64,000 nucleotides of DNA from Treponemataceae bacterium (GTDB lineage Bacteria; Spirochaetota; Spirochaetia; Treponematales; Rectinemataceae): positions 1 through 64,000 of the forward strand of contig CAXXVZ010000002.1 of the NCBI GenBank assembly GCA_963678065.2, in the 5' to 3' direction. Positions 47,741 to 56,806 of the stretch are shown in pieces (position 1 is the first letter of the stretch; each line of letters opens with the position of its first letter). Position numbers and translations under genes: made by a program. A model generated the notes under the pieces. It was not told the origin of the DNA. It did not search any database and was given only the letters and a program-made list of their open reading frames with translations.

Positions 47741-49519
47741 TCAGTGTAAATTTGAGTTTTTTCTGAACAAATTGGCGATTTTTCCAAGCAATCCGTTCCC
47801 GGAAGCGTGCGCCTCGTCGATACGATCATTTTTATCTGGTATCCGATCGTCCAGGCGCGCCTCAGGCAGAACTCCGGAGGGAGAGGAGGGCCGGGAGACA
47901 GCTGCCTGCGGCGACCTGCCGCGGTCCCCGCCGCCCCCTCTGCCTTCGCCGTACTTCTCGCGGTAGGAACGGAGGCGTTCTTCCATTGAAAGCGAGTACG
48001 GATCGGCGGCACGGCCGGTCATTCCGGTGTCACTCGTGCCCTGGGAGGCCGCGCGGCTCTTCCCAACGGGACGATCAGCGCGCCGGGTCTGCTCGCTGCC
48101 GGCTTTTTTCCGGTCAGGCAGGGATCGCGGCCGGGTCTGGCGGCCGGAGTGCGTTGCCTTGTCTGGGGATTTTCCCGACGCTCCACCTTGTCTTCGGCCT
48201 GCGGCGTCCGCGACCTGTGCCGGGCGAATTCCGCCTTCCTCGCGCATCTTCTGCGCCGTCATCCTGCCCGCGGCCTCGTCTACGCTCATCATGATGAGAG
48301 GCGCCGCCTCCGCGCCCCTGTCCTTCCGCGGGCGACGACCTTCCCTATTCATGTCCCTGCCCTGAACAGGGCGGCTATCGGCTGCCACGGCCGAAACATC
48401 GGCATGATCCAGCATCGCCTTTGGCGCCTCGACCGCATTCAGGCTGAAGCCGACGAGGCCCTCTATCGCGGGCAGTCCGTAGACATAGCGCTCGCAGGCC
48501 AGGTTCACTACCTTCGATCCAGGATAGTGCGGATCGAGCCAGGCGAGTCGTTTCCCGTAGAGTTCCGGCTCGAGGGGAATGTCGAAGTTGACGACAAGGG
48601 AAAAGCGGCCCTGGGCGGGCTTTCCGGCGCCCTCATCGCTCGCGACAAAGAAGGAACCGCGGGGGGGCGCGGCGCCGGCCTCCGCGCTCCGATGCCGAAA
48701 TGGAGGAAGGTTCGCGGGCAGCGGCTTCGCATTCAGACCGTTCGCCGAAAGACGGCGCGTCAGATCCGCGGCCGTATCCCTCAGATTGCAGAACACGATG
48801 CAGAATTCGGGCTTTTCGCGCTCGGCCAGACCGAGCAGAAAGCGGAGTTTCGCGTCGCTGTCAATATGGTAGGTTTCGCTCCGGATACTGCGCATGCGGA
48901 GAAAGGTCTCATCGATCGAAATCTCCGAGAGGTTCTCCGCGAGATCGCGAGCGAGCTTCCTGGCTTTTCCCGTAAAGCGGGAGCAGACGAGGATGGCGCG
49001 CATCTCCCAGGAAGGGGGAAGAAGGGCGCGAAGAGCCTCCATCCGGTTTCCGGCCTGCTCGGCGATCGCGTCGAGGCCATCGACGACGAGAAAACCGAAG
49101 TCGCGGGGCGAAAGGCCACCGCCTTCAAAGGCGGCCAGGACAGCCGACAGAGTGCCGGCCACAAGAGACTCAGGAAACTCGCTCCCGCCCGGGACTTCGT
49201 CGCCGGAAAGCGTCCGGACGGAAACACCGAGGGGGGTCCCGAGTGTCTTCGCGACGACACCCGCCTTCACGGCCGAATCCGCGTCGGGGGTCAGGAGAAG
49301 GACCCTGCCCTTCCGTTCCGGAGTCGCCGACAGTATCCAGTCCAGGGCAGGAAGGATGAAAATCTCCTCCCTGCCCACGCCGATATCGAGTCTGGCGCAG
49401 ACATTTTCTCTGTTCAGCACGGCGTGGCTCAGCATCGAATCATGCAGCGCGGGCGCCGAACGCAGCCTTCCGACCGCGGGCATCAGCCCGGCCGCAAGCC
49501 CATATAGTGAAAAATCCAT
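47741..49519 (-). CDS. DEAD-box-helicase-like protein with degenerate catalytic motifs
   Basis: Helicase framework (MDFSLYGL, LLLTP, IVFCN, VVNFDIP) and basic disordered tail, but no GKT, DEAD, SAT or HRIGR. Confidence 0.7.
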   Translation of the reverse strand: MDFSLYGLAAGLMPAVGRLRSAPALHDSMLSHAVLNRENVCARLDIGVGREEIFILPALDWILSATPERKGRVLLLTPDADSAVKAGVVAKTLGTPLGVSVRTLSGDEVPGGSEFPESLVAGTLSAVLAAFEGGGLSPRDFGFLVVDGLDAIAEQAGNRMEALRALLPPSWEMRAILVCSRFTGKARKLARDLAENLSEISIDETFLRMRSIRSETYHIDSDAKLRFLLGLAEREKPEFCIVFCNLRDTAADLTRRLSANGLNAKPLPANLPPFRHRSAEAGAAPPRGSFFVASDEGAGKPAQGRFSLVVNFDIPLEPELYGKRLAWLDPHYPGSKVVNLACERYVYGLPAIEGLVGFSLNAVEAPKAMLDHADVSAVAADSRPVQGRDMNREGRRPRKDRGAEAAPLIMMSVDEAAGRMTAQKMREEGGIRPAQVADAAGRRQGGASGKSPDKATHSGRQTRPRSLPDRKKAGSEQTRRADRPVGKSRAASQGTSDTGMTGRAADPYSLSMEERLRSYREKYGEGRGGGGDRGRSPQAAVSRPSSPSGVLPEARLDDRIPDKNDRIDEAHASGNGLLGKIANLFRKNSNLH

Positions 49520-49806
49520 GAATTCTCTCTTTCGTATCGATTGCGCGCCTTATGGAAGTTGCGCGAAGGGTAGGATCATACCCGATCAAAGGGCATAAAG
49601 TGAAGGCGTGGATCGCAGGCGGGTTTCCTACCCCACAGATGCCCTCCTCTTTACTGGAGACACCGGGCATGAAACCCGCACACAACCAATTCCCTACAGA
49701 TCCGACATCGGAGGAAAGTCCTTCTATTTGGTTATTTTTATCTATATAAGAATGTATATAGCATTTTCTACGAGACGGAGTTATACTGTCTCCGCTTCAA
49801 CAACCT

Positions 49807-49945
49807 AATGAACGAACCCCGGAGCAGAGCTCCGAGGTATCGTTCGTTCTGTAAGGAATGGATTGTATGCGGGTCCATACCCGATAGTCACTTCACAAGA
49901 AAGAGCGAAGCAGAGCTTTGGGTATGGACCCGCCTGCGAATCAAA
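49807..49945 (+). repeat. 139-bp two-hairpin dispersed element, copy 2
   Basis: Near-identical to 31342-31480. Confidence 0.92.
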
Positions 49946-49969
49946 ACCCCCCGACAAGGAGCGATCCGA

Positions 49970-52027
49970 ATGGGTGCACAGAAACGAATCCTCATCCTGG
50001 GCGGCGGCTACGGCGGAGTCTGGGCCGGCAAAATCCTGGAAAAACAGTTCCGCAAGCGCGACGATGTCGAGATAACTCTCGTCGACATGAAGCCTTTCCA
50101 CACGCTCATGACCGAGCTGCACGAGGTCGCCGGATGGCGCACCGAGCCTGAGTCGGTCCAGGTGGGCTTCCGCAAGATCTTCGGAACCAAGCGGATCAAC
50201 GTCGTCCTGGACAGAATCACGAAGGTCGATATCGAGGGCAAGAAGGCCTTCTCGGCGAAGGCGGAGTATCCCTTCGACTACATCGTGGTCGGCGTGGGCG
50301 CCGAGCCTGAGTACTTCGGCATCCCCGGCGTGAAGGACAACTCCTTCTCCCTGTGGTCTTTCGAGGACGCGATGCGCCTTCGGAACCACGTCGAGCACGT
50401 CTTTATGGAGGCCGCCAAAGAGACCGACCCCGCGAAGCGCGCGCGCATGCTGACCTTCGTCGTCGCCGGCGCAGGATTCACCGGAATCGAGATGATCGGC
50501 GAGCTCCTCGAGTACCGCGATGTGATGTGCAAGAAATACTACCTCGACAAAAAAGAGGTCCGCGTCGTCAACATCGAGGCCCTGCCCTCCATCCTCCCCA
50601 TTCTCGAGGAACCCCTGCGCGCCAAGGCCGAGAAGTACCTGCAGAAGGTCGGCTGCGAGATCATGCTGAGCGCGGCCATTGTCGGCGCCGAACCGGGGAA
50701 GGTTCTCCTCAAGTCCGGCCAGATCGTCGAGACCGACACCTTCATCTGGACCTGCGGCGTCAAAGGCTCCGACTTCGCCGGAGCCCTGCCCGTTCCGATG
50801 GGCAGGCGCAACCGCATCGAGTGCGACCAGGAGATGAAGTCGACGAAGTATCCCTACGTCTACGTCGTGGGCGACAACGCCGGGCTCATGCTGGATGGAA
50901 AGCCGATGGCCCAGGTCGTCGAGTCCGCGCACTTCTCCGCCGAAGCCGCAGCCAAGAACATCATCGCCGACATCGACGGCGGAGAGCGCCACACCTTCAA
51001 ACCGAACTACCACGGCTTCATGGTCTCGATCGGCGGCAAGTACGCCGTGGCCAACGCCGGCGGCATGAAGACTTCCGGCCTCATCGCCATGGCGATGAAG
51101 CACATGATCAACATGTACTACCTGTTCTGCATCGCCGGCATCAACCAGGTGTGGGAGTACTTCAAGCACGAGTTCCTCGACATGCACAACAAGCGCACGG
51201 TGATCGGCGGCTTCATCACGCACAAGGTCCGCTCTTACTGGCCGCTGCTTCTGCGCATGTGGCTCGGTCTCATGTGGATCATGGAAGGCGTGAACAAGAT
51301 CGGCGAGGGCTGGCTGGCCTTCTCCGCCGGCTCCAAATCGAGCTGGATGTTCTCCAAGGGCGTCGTGCAGGCCGGCGTGAAAGCCGTCGCCGACGCGGCG
51401 GCGGCAGCCGGCGCGGATGCCGCAAGCGCCGCTTCCGCCGCCTGGGACGGAGCCGCCACCACAGTCACCACGATCGCGGCTGCTGCCACGAGCGCGGCCT
51501 CGGCCGTCCCGACGACGACAACCATCGCAGACGCGACGAGCGCCGCCACTGCGGCTGCAACCGCTGTCGCTCCCGCCGCGACGGATGCGGTCGTCCAGAC
51601 CGGAGCCGCCGCCGCGAAGGCATTCGGCAAGGTCTGGGATCTGACGAAGCCCATCATCGCCCCGGACTCGGGCTTCGTGACCTGGTTCCGCACCACCTTC
51701 ATGGACGGGATCATGGCCTTCCTGCCCTTCCAGTTCTTCCAGGCGATGATCGTCGTCATGGAGATCGGAATCGGCCTCGCCCTCTTCGGGGGCTGCTTCA
51801 CCTGGCTCGCCGCCGCGGCCAGCATCGTGATGTGCTTCGTATTCACGTTCTCGGGCATGTTCGCCTGGGACCAGCTCTGGTTCTTCTTCGCCGGCATCCT
51901 GATGCTCGGTGGGCTCGGCCGCGCCTTCGGCTGCGACTATTGGGTCGTCTCCTTCTTCAAAAAGTGGTGGAACGGCACCAGGTTTGCCCGCAAATGGCAT
52001 TTCTACGCCGACGATCCCACGAAATGA
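49970..52027 (+). CDS. Type II NADH dehydrogenase fused to a C-terminal DoxX-like membrane domain
   Basis: ILGGGYGG, GAGFTGIE, WTCGV, VGD; C-terminal LRMWLGLMW...GRAFGCD TM domain with Ala/Thr-rich loop. Confidence 0.85.
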   Translation: MGAQKRILILGGGYGGVWAGKILEKQFRKRDDVEITLVDMKPFHTLMTELHEVAGWRTEPESVQVGFRKIFGTKRINVVLDRITKVDIEGKKAFSAKAEYPFDYIVVGVGAEPEYFGIPGVKDNSFSLWSFEDAMRLRNHVEHVFMEAAKETDPAKRARMLTFVVAGAGFTGIEMIGELLEYRDVMCKKYYLDKKEVRVVNIEALPSILPILEEPLRAKAEKYLQKVGCEIMLSAAIVGAEPGKVLLKSGQIVETDTFIWTCGVKGSDFAGALPVPMGRRNRIECDQEMKSTKYPYVYVVGDNAGLMLDGKPMAQVVESAHFSAEAAAKNIIADIDGGERHTFKPNYHGFMVSIGGKYAVANAGGMKTSGLIAMAMKHMINMYYLFCIAGINQVWEYFKHEFLDMHNKRTVIGGFITHKVRSYWPLLLRMWLGLMWIMEGVNKIGEGWLAFSAGSKSSWMFSKGVVQAGVKAVADAAAAAGADAASAASAAWDGAATTVTTIAAAATSAASAVPTTTTIADATSAATAAATAVAPAATDAVVQTGAAAAKAFGKVWDLTKPIIAPDSGFVTWFRTTFMDGIMAFLPFQFFQAMIVVMEIGIGLALFGGCFTWLAAAASIVMCFVFTFSGMFAWDQLWFFFAGILMLGGLGRAFGCDYWVVSFFKKWWNGTRFARKWHFYADDPTK

Positions 52028-52158
52028 CTGAAAAGCCGTGGCCTTCACGGTATGTTGAATGACATCCCCGCTCAGGTGGTTCCCGGCGAAGGCCCGGATC
52101 GAAATCGGCCGCTGCCTGAGACATTCTGAGCGGGAATGATCGATTGTTCGGGAAGAGA

Positions 52159-53139
52159 ATGAACGGATATTGGAATGATACACCCGGCCTCCGGGCGCGC
52201 CTTCTGCGCGTCGAGGCTATTATGGAAGAGACCGTCCGGGATCCTTCCTTCCCGCTCGGGGACCAGGTCGCGCAGATCGCCCTCTCGCAGGGAAAAATGC
52301 TCCGGCCTGCCCTCCTTCTGATCGGCTCCGGTTTCGGCCGTCCCATCCGGGGAGCCGCGCCTCCTGCGACGATAGAGAGGCTGGCCGCGGCCGTCGAGCT
52401 TCTGCACACGGCCACCCTCATCCACGACGACGTGCTCGACAAGGCGGAGACGAGGCGGGGCTTACCCACGCTGCACACCCGCTTCGGCACGGTCGAGGCC
52501 GTCCTCGCCGGCGACTGGCTTCTCTCGCGCTGCTTCCGGCTCGCTTCGGAAAACGCCGGCCCCGAAAACGCGCGGCTGCTGTCCCGCCTCGTCGGCTCGG
52601 TCTGCTCAGCGGAAATAGCCCAGGATCTGGGCAAATTCGGCTACACGACCAGCGTCCGCGCATACATGCGCACGATCGCCGGCAAGACGGCCGCCCTCTT
52701 CTCCCTGGCACTGCACACCGGCGCCTCCGAGTCCAAGGCCAAGCCCGCCGTGACCTCGACCCTGAGACGGGCGGGATACTGCATAGGCATGGCCTTCCAG
52801 GTCATCGACGACATCCTCGACTGCGAATCGACCGAAGGCGTCATGGGAAAGCCGGTCGGCAAGGACATCAGGGAGGGGCTCTGCACTCTGCCCCTCATCC
52901 ACGCCCTGCGGGCTGATCCGGCCGGCATGAAGGCCCTCCTTGTGCGGACGAGGGAGGACGACTCTGTCGTCGGAACCGTCATCGCGAGGATTTTCGAGCT
53001 GGGCGGGATAGACAGGGCGAGGGAGACTGCACACCTGTTCACGGAAAGGGCGCGGCGGGAGATCGCCCGCCTGCCCGGGCTTCCGCAGAAGGACGAGCTC
53101 TCTCTCCTCGCCGAAAGGCTGCTTACGCGCAGGTACTGA
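52159..53139 (+). CDS. Polyprenyl diphosphate synthase
   Basis: GKMLRP, HDDVLD..RRG, GKTA, FQVIDDILD. Confidence 0.92.
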   Translation: MNGYWNDTPGLRARLLRVEAIMEETVRDPSFPLGDQVAQIALSQGKMLRPALLLIGSGFGRPIRGAAPPATIERLAAAVELLHTATLIHDDVLDKAETRRGLPTLHTRFGTVEAVLAGDWLLSRCFRLASENAGPENARLLSRLVGSVCSAEIAQDLGKFGYTTSVRAYMRTIAGKTAALFSLALHTGASESKAKPAVTSTLRRAGYCIGMAFQVIDDILDCESTEGVMGKPVGKDIREGLCTLPLIHALRADPAGMKALLVRTREDDSVVGTVIARIFELGGIDRARETAHLFTERARREIARLPGLPQKDELSLLAERLLTRRY

Positions 53140-53159
53140 AAGAAATATGGGCTTGCCAT

Positions 53160-53215
53160 GAGAAGGCCCGGCCGGTCCCTCGGGAGTTTTCCCGAAGGGC
53201 GGGTCGGGCCTTCTC
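53160..53215. terminator. Long hairpin between convergent genes
   Basis: GAGAAGGCCCGGCC...GGTCGGGCCTTCTC. Confidence 0.65.
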
Positions 53216-53242
53216 CTACAGCAGACCTGCGGATGACAGGGA

Positions 53243-53881
53243 TCAGGTTTCGCGGACGTCGATGATCTCGCGCACGACGGGCTTCACCACTTCGACGAGT
53301 TTGCCCATCGCGACGCCCTGCACTTTGAAGGTGAGGCGCCACTCGGCCCTGTCCTCGTAGGCACCGAAGCCGACAATGTCGCCGCCGGCCGCAGCGATCG
53401 CGGCGGAAATGCGCGCGAAGGTGCCCTTCTCGCCCAAGACGGCGGCTGTGAGGCGGACTCCGCCCCTGCGCCCGCCGAGGAGTTCCAGGAATGCGCGGAA
53501 CATGTCCGTCTCGGTGATGATGCCGACGAGCTTCCCCTCATTGACGACGGGCAGGCCGCCGATCTTGTTGTCGGCCATGATGCGGGCGGCTTCCTCGAGG
53601 GGAGTCTCGCCGTCCACCGAGATGATATGCTTCGTCATCACCTTTTCGACCGTGAGGCGCGCCATGAGATAGTGCACCTCGTAGACCGAGAGGGATGTCG
53701 TCGGCGAAGGGGAAGCGTAGAGAAGGTCCTTCTCGGACACGATGCCGACAAGCTTTCCGGAATGGTCGAGCACGGGAGTACGCCGGATCTTGCGGTCGTG
53801 CATGAGCTTGAGGGCGTCGGGAACAGGGGTATCGGACAGGACGGTGATGGGATTCGTCGTCATGCGCTCGTGGACAAGCAT
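53243..53881 (-). CDS. CBS-pair + ACT domain protein (AcuB-like)
   Basis: MLVHERMTTNPIT, LVGIVSEKDL, ASPSPTTSLS, LVGIITETD. Confidence 0.88.
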   Translation of the reverse strand: MLVHERMTTNPITVLSDTPVPDALKLMHDRKIRRTPVLDHSGKLVGIVSEKDLLYASPSPTTSLSVYEVHYLMARLTVEKVMTKHIISVDGETPLEEAARIMADNKIGGLPVVNEGKLVGIITETDMFRAFLELLGGRRGGVRLTAAVLGEKGTFARISAAIAAAGGDIVGFGAYEDRAEWRLTFKVQGVAMGKLVEVVKPVVREIIDVRET

Positions 53882-54063
53882 GGAGGCCTCCTTTGATGCA
53901 GTGCTGGCGGGGCGTGGGAGACGGCGCCTGAGGCCGTCAGATGGACACCCTGTCTATCCGAATATAATCCAGCCCGCCCGCGGAAGCCAGTCCGCAGTCT
54001 CTGCGCCTTGGAGGGAACCGGCCCCTTTTCAGCCCACGGCGGCCCGTAGTATCTTCCGCCACG

Positions 54064-54642
54064 ATGCTGACCTACATACTCGTCGCGGTAGCGCTTTCCA
54101 TGGACGCTTTCGCCGTATCCGTTTCGAGCGGAATATGCATTCCCCACCTGAAACTGCGCCACGCGCTGCGCGCCTCCGCGGCCTTCGGCCTCTTCCAGTT
54201 TTTCATGCCGGTCGCAGGGTGGCTCGTCGGCGGCGCCTTCCGCTCGCTCATCCAGGGATTCGACCACTGGATAGCCTTCATCCTGCTCGCTTTCGTCGGC
54301 GGAAAAATGATAAAGGAATCCTTCGACATCGAAGACCCCAGCTCCTGCGACGATCCGGATGAAGCGAAGGGCATCCTCGACCTGAAGACCCTTCTCGTTC
54401 TCGCCGTGGCGACGAGCATAGACGCACTCGCGGTCGGCCTGTCTTACAGCGTTCTCGGCCAGCCCATCTTCCTCCCCTCGATCATAATCGGAGTCGTCAC
54501 CTTCGCCCTCTGTCTCGTCGGCACGGAATTCGGAAAGAAGCTCGGCACGGCCTTCGAACGATGGGCCGAAATCGCGGGAGGAGCCATGCTCGTCATCATC
54601 GGGCTCAAGATCCTCGTCGAGCATCTCCTGAAATCGGTGTAG
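54064..54642 (+). CDS. mntP: Manganese efflux pump MntP family
   Basis: ALSMDAFAVS, FGLFQFFMP, DHWIAF, ATSIDALAVG. Confidence 0.92.
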   Translation: MLTYILVAVALSMDAFAVSVSSGICIPHLKLRHALRASAAFGLFQFFMPVAGWLVGGAFRSLIQGFDHWIAFILLAFVGGKMIKESFDIEDPSSCDDPDEAKGILDLKTLLVLAVATSIDALAVGLSYSVLGQPIFLPSIIIGVVTFALCLVGTEFGKKLGTAFERWAEIAGGAMLVIIGLKILVEHLLKSV

Positions 54643-54712
54643 CGCGGCAGGCGAAAGATCATTCTGGACATTCCTCGCCCATCTGCGCGCGGGAATCCGC
54701 CCGCCTCCTCCG

Positions 54713-55459
54713 TCACTCCAGCTTGATTTTTGCCCAGGAGGCGGAGAGTCCGGTGTACTTGCCGCCTCCCGGGGGCGTCTGGGTGAGGACCGTCGATCCG
54801 GTTTTGATCAGGCTGCGCTCGAACACGCACCAGTCCTTGTCGGAGGCGGAGAGGCGGGCTGTCAGCTCCGCCGGAAGTGTCAGCTTTGTCGCGCCCGTTG
54901 TTTCGGTCGATAGGGTCGTGAGGATAAAACCCCAATCGTCGGTTATGCTGAAGGAAGCGGTCTCGCCCGCGGCGAGGGAAGGATCGGCGGGGTTCCAGGT
55001 CGCGTCGTAGGCCACGCCGCGCGTGAGTTTGGGAGCGAAGCGGTCCGCGTCGACCTGAGCCCTGATGGCGGAGGGAAGCGCGAGGGTGTTGGTGAAGGAC
55101 CTGCTCTTGCCGTCCGTGTAGACGACGACTCCGGATTCCACGCGGCCGAACTTCTTCCAGACGAAGCCTTCCTGGTTGCTCCAGTATTCGGAGGCCCGCC
55201 CGTCGAGCACGACATCGTGCGCGAGGGAGGAGTCGATTATGCTGCCCGCCTTCCTCGTGTCCCAGAGTTTTACCTGGAAGGTCGTCTCGTTGTGGTAGTC
55301 GTCGTAGAGCGCGATGAGTTCGAGCTTGACCTTGTCCCAGTCGACCTCGTCGCGGGATATGGGGTTGCAGGCCGAGAACAGCATGAGAACGACAGCAAGT
55401 GCGACGCTCAGCGTCGCAGTCAGTGTAAAGATCGTGGCGGGTTTTTTACGCATCGGCAT
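54713..55459 (-). CDS. Hypothetical lipoprotein
   Basis: Basic N-terminus, hydrophobic stretch, LFSAC lipobox; GGAGG RBS. Confidence 0.65.
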   Translation of the reverse strand: MPMRKKPATIFTLTATLSVALAVVLMLFSACNPISRDEVDWDKVKLELIALYDDYHNETTFQVKLWDTRKAGSIIDSSLAHDVVLDGRASEYWSNQEGFVWKKFGRVESGVVVYTDGKSRSFTNTLALPSAIRAQVDADRFAPKLTRGVAYDATWNPADPSLAAGETASFSITDDWGFILTTLSTETTGATKLTLPAELTARLSASDKDWCVFERSLIKTGSTVLTQTPPGGGKYTGLSASWAKIKLE

Positions 55460-55534
55460 TCCTCCGGATATCGTTCATGGCCAATCATAGATCCGCGCGA
55501 GGTCGCGCGCAAGCGGATATCAGGTTTTTGTCAC

Positions 55535-56806
55535 TCAAATCGAAATCATCGATCCCGCAGCCATAAGGATGTACGCGGCCGCGACGATCCACCCCCATAC
55601 AGGCTTGTCCACGGACGCGGGCAAGAGGGTCACGGCCCCGACGCGGGCGCGGTAGCGCCGGTAGGCAGGCACGAGGAGGACGGCGACGAGGACAGCGATG
55701 CCGCCGCCCGCAGTGCGCATGAAGCCGAGGAAGCCGCCTGCGAAGGACAGCGCGAGAGTCGGAACGGTCGCAAGGAGGAATGCGGCAAAGGGCCCTATCC
55801 CCAGACGCTCGCGCAGAATGTCGGCGAGGGCCTGGGCGATCGACCAGTAGCTCGTGAGCATGGCGAGCATGACGAAGACCGTTCCCGCGACGCCAGCCCA
55901 GGGGCCGAGGGCGGCGGCCCAGCCGACCGTCGCGATGCCGGTGACATCGCCCGACACGGCCAGTGTGAGGAGGATGACCGCGGCGATGATGCCGGCATTG
56001 ATGCCGAGACCGGAGGCTACGGCGCGGACGATGAGTCCGGGTCTGTCCGAGAGCCCGTTCACGGCCTGGGGCACGGAAAAAAAGGCCGAGAAAGAGAACA
56101 TAGCCATGCCGTAGAGGGCGAGAACGCGCGAAGGTGTCGGCGTGGCAGGGCGGGCCGCGAGGGCGAGTCCCGTCCCGGCGACCTTCACGACCGTGGCGAC
56201 GGCGAGGACGGCGAAGAGGGCGAGCATCGCCCCGATCGCCCATTTCTCGGCCACGCCGAGAGCTTTCAGTCCCATGGCGGCCACGGCGGCGGCCGCGGCG
56301 TAGAACACGATGTTGCCGGCCGCCGCGGGCAGCCCGAGAGAGGCGCTGAAGCCGGAGAGCACTTCCCCTCCTCCGGCGACATAGGCCGCGAGGTTCGTGA
56401 AGAAAGCGATCGCCATGAGGACGAAGAAGAGCCAGGTGAGAATACCCCCGGCGCGTCCCGTGAAGAGGTATTTCCGGAACAGTTCGAGGATCTGGCTTCC
56501 CTTTCCGTCGCCGGCGCAGAGTTCGGCGATCATCAGGTGCAGAAGCAGGCTGAGAAAGTAAGCTGCCACGATGACGAGAAAGGAGATGCCGAGTCCATTG
56601 AGAGAGACGAGCCAGGGCAGGGCGAGGACACCGCCGCCGATTCCGTAGCCCGCGATGATTCCCGAGGCCTCGCGGAGGGTCAGTTTTCCTCGTGGCGGGA
56701 CGAGGGCTCCGGCACTTTTCAGAGTGCCTGCGGCGCCTGTCCCCGACACGGTCCCTGTGCCCGCCTCTTTGCCTCTGCCCGCAGAGCTGTTTTCATCGGT
56801 GTTCAC
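55535..56806 (-). CDS. Amino-acid permease (aromatic amino acid/HAAAP-like)
   Basis: GYGIGGGVLALP TM1 motif; about 11 TM segments. Confidence 0.8.
   Translation of the reverse strand: MNTDENSSAGRGKEAGTGTVSGTGAAGTLKSAGALVPPRGKLTLREASGIIAGYGIGGGVLALPWLVSLNGLGISFLVIVAAYFLSLLLHLMIAELCAGDGKGSQILELFRKYLFTGRAGGILTWLFFVLMAIAFFTNLAAYVAGGGEVLSGFSASLGLPAAAGNIVFYAAAAAVAAMGLKALGVAEKWAIGAMLALFAVLAVATVVKVAGTGLALAARPATPTPSRVLALYGMAMFSFSAFFSVPQAVNGLSDRPGLIVRAVASGLGINAGIIAAVILLTLAVSGDVTGIATVGWAAALGPWAGVAGTVFVMLAMLTSYWSIAQALADILRERLGIGPFAAFLLATVPTLALSFAGGFLGFMRTAGGGIAVLVAVLLVPAYRRYRARVGAVTLLPASVDKPVWGWIVAAAYILMAAGSMISI

Noticed and set aside
49710..49721. GGAGGAAAGTCC, matching an RNase P RNA conserved segment
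   Set aside because: No other RNase P conserved regions follow; downstream is AT-rich promoter-like DNA
41619..53139. Archaeal-type ether lipid pathway (G1PDH + polyprenyl synthase)
   Set aside because: Genes are about 9 kb apart in separate units, there is no GGGP/DGGGP synthase, and the synthase fits quinone supply for NDH-2
53882..54063. yybP-ykoY Mn riboswitch expected upstream of mntP
   Set aside because: No recognisable consensus in this short divergent spacer; a cmscan would be needed to exclude it fully
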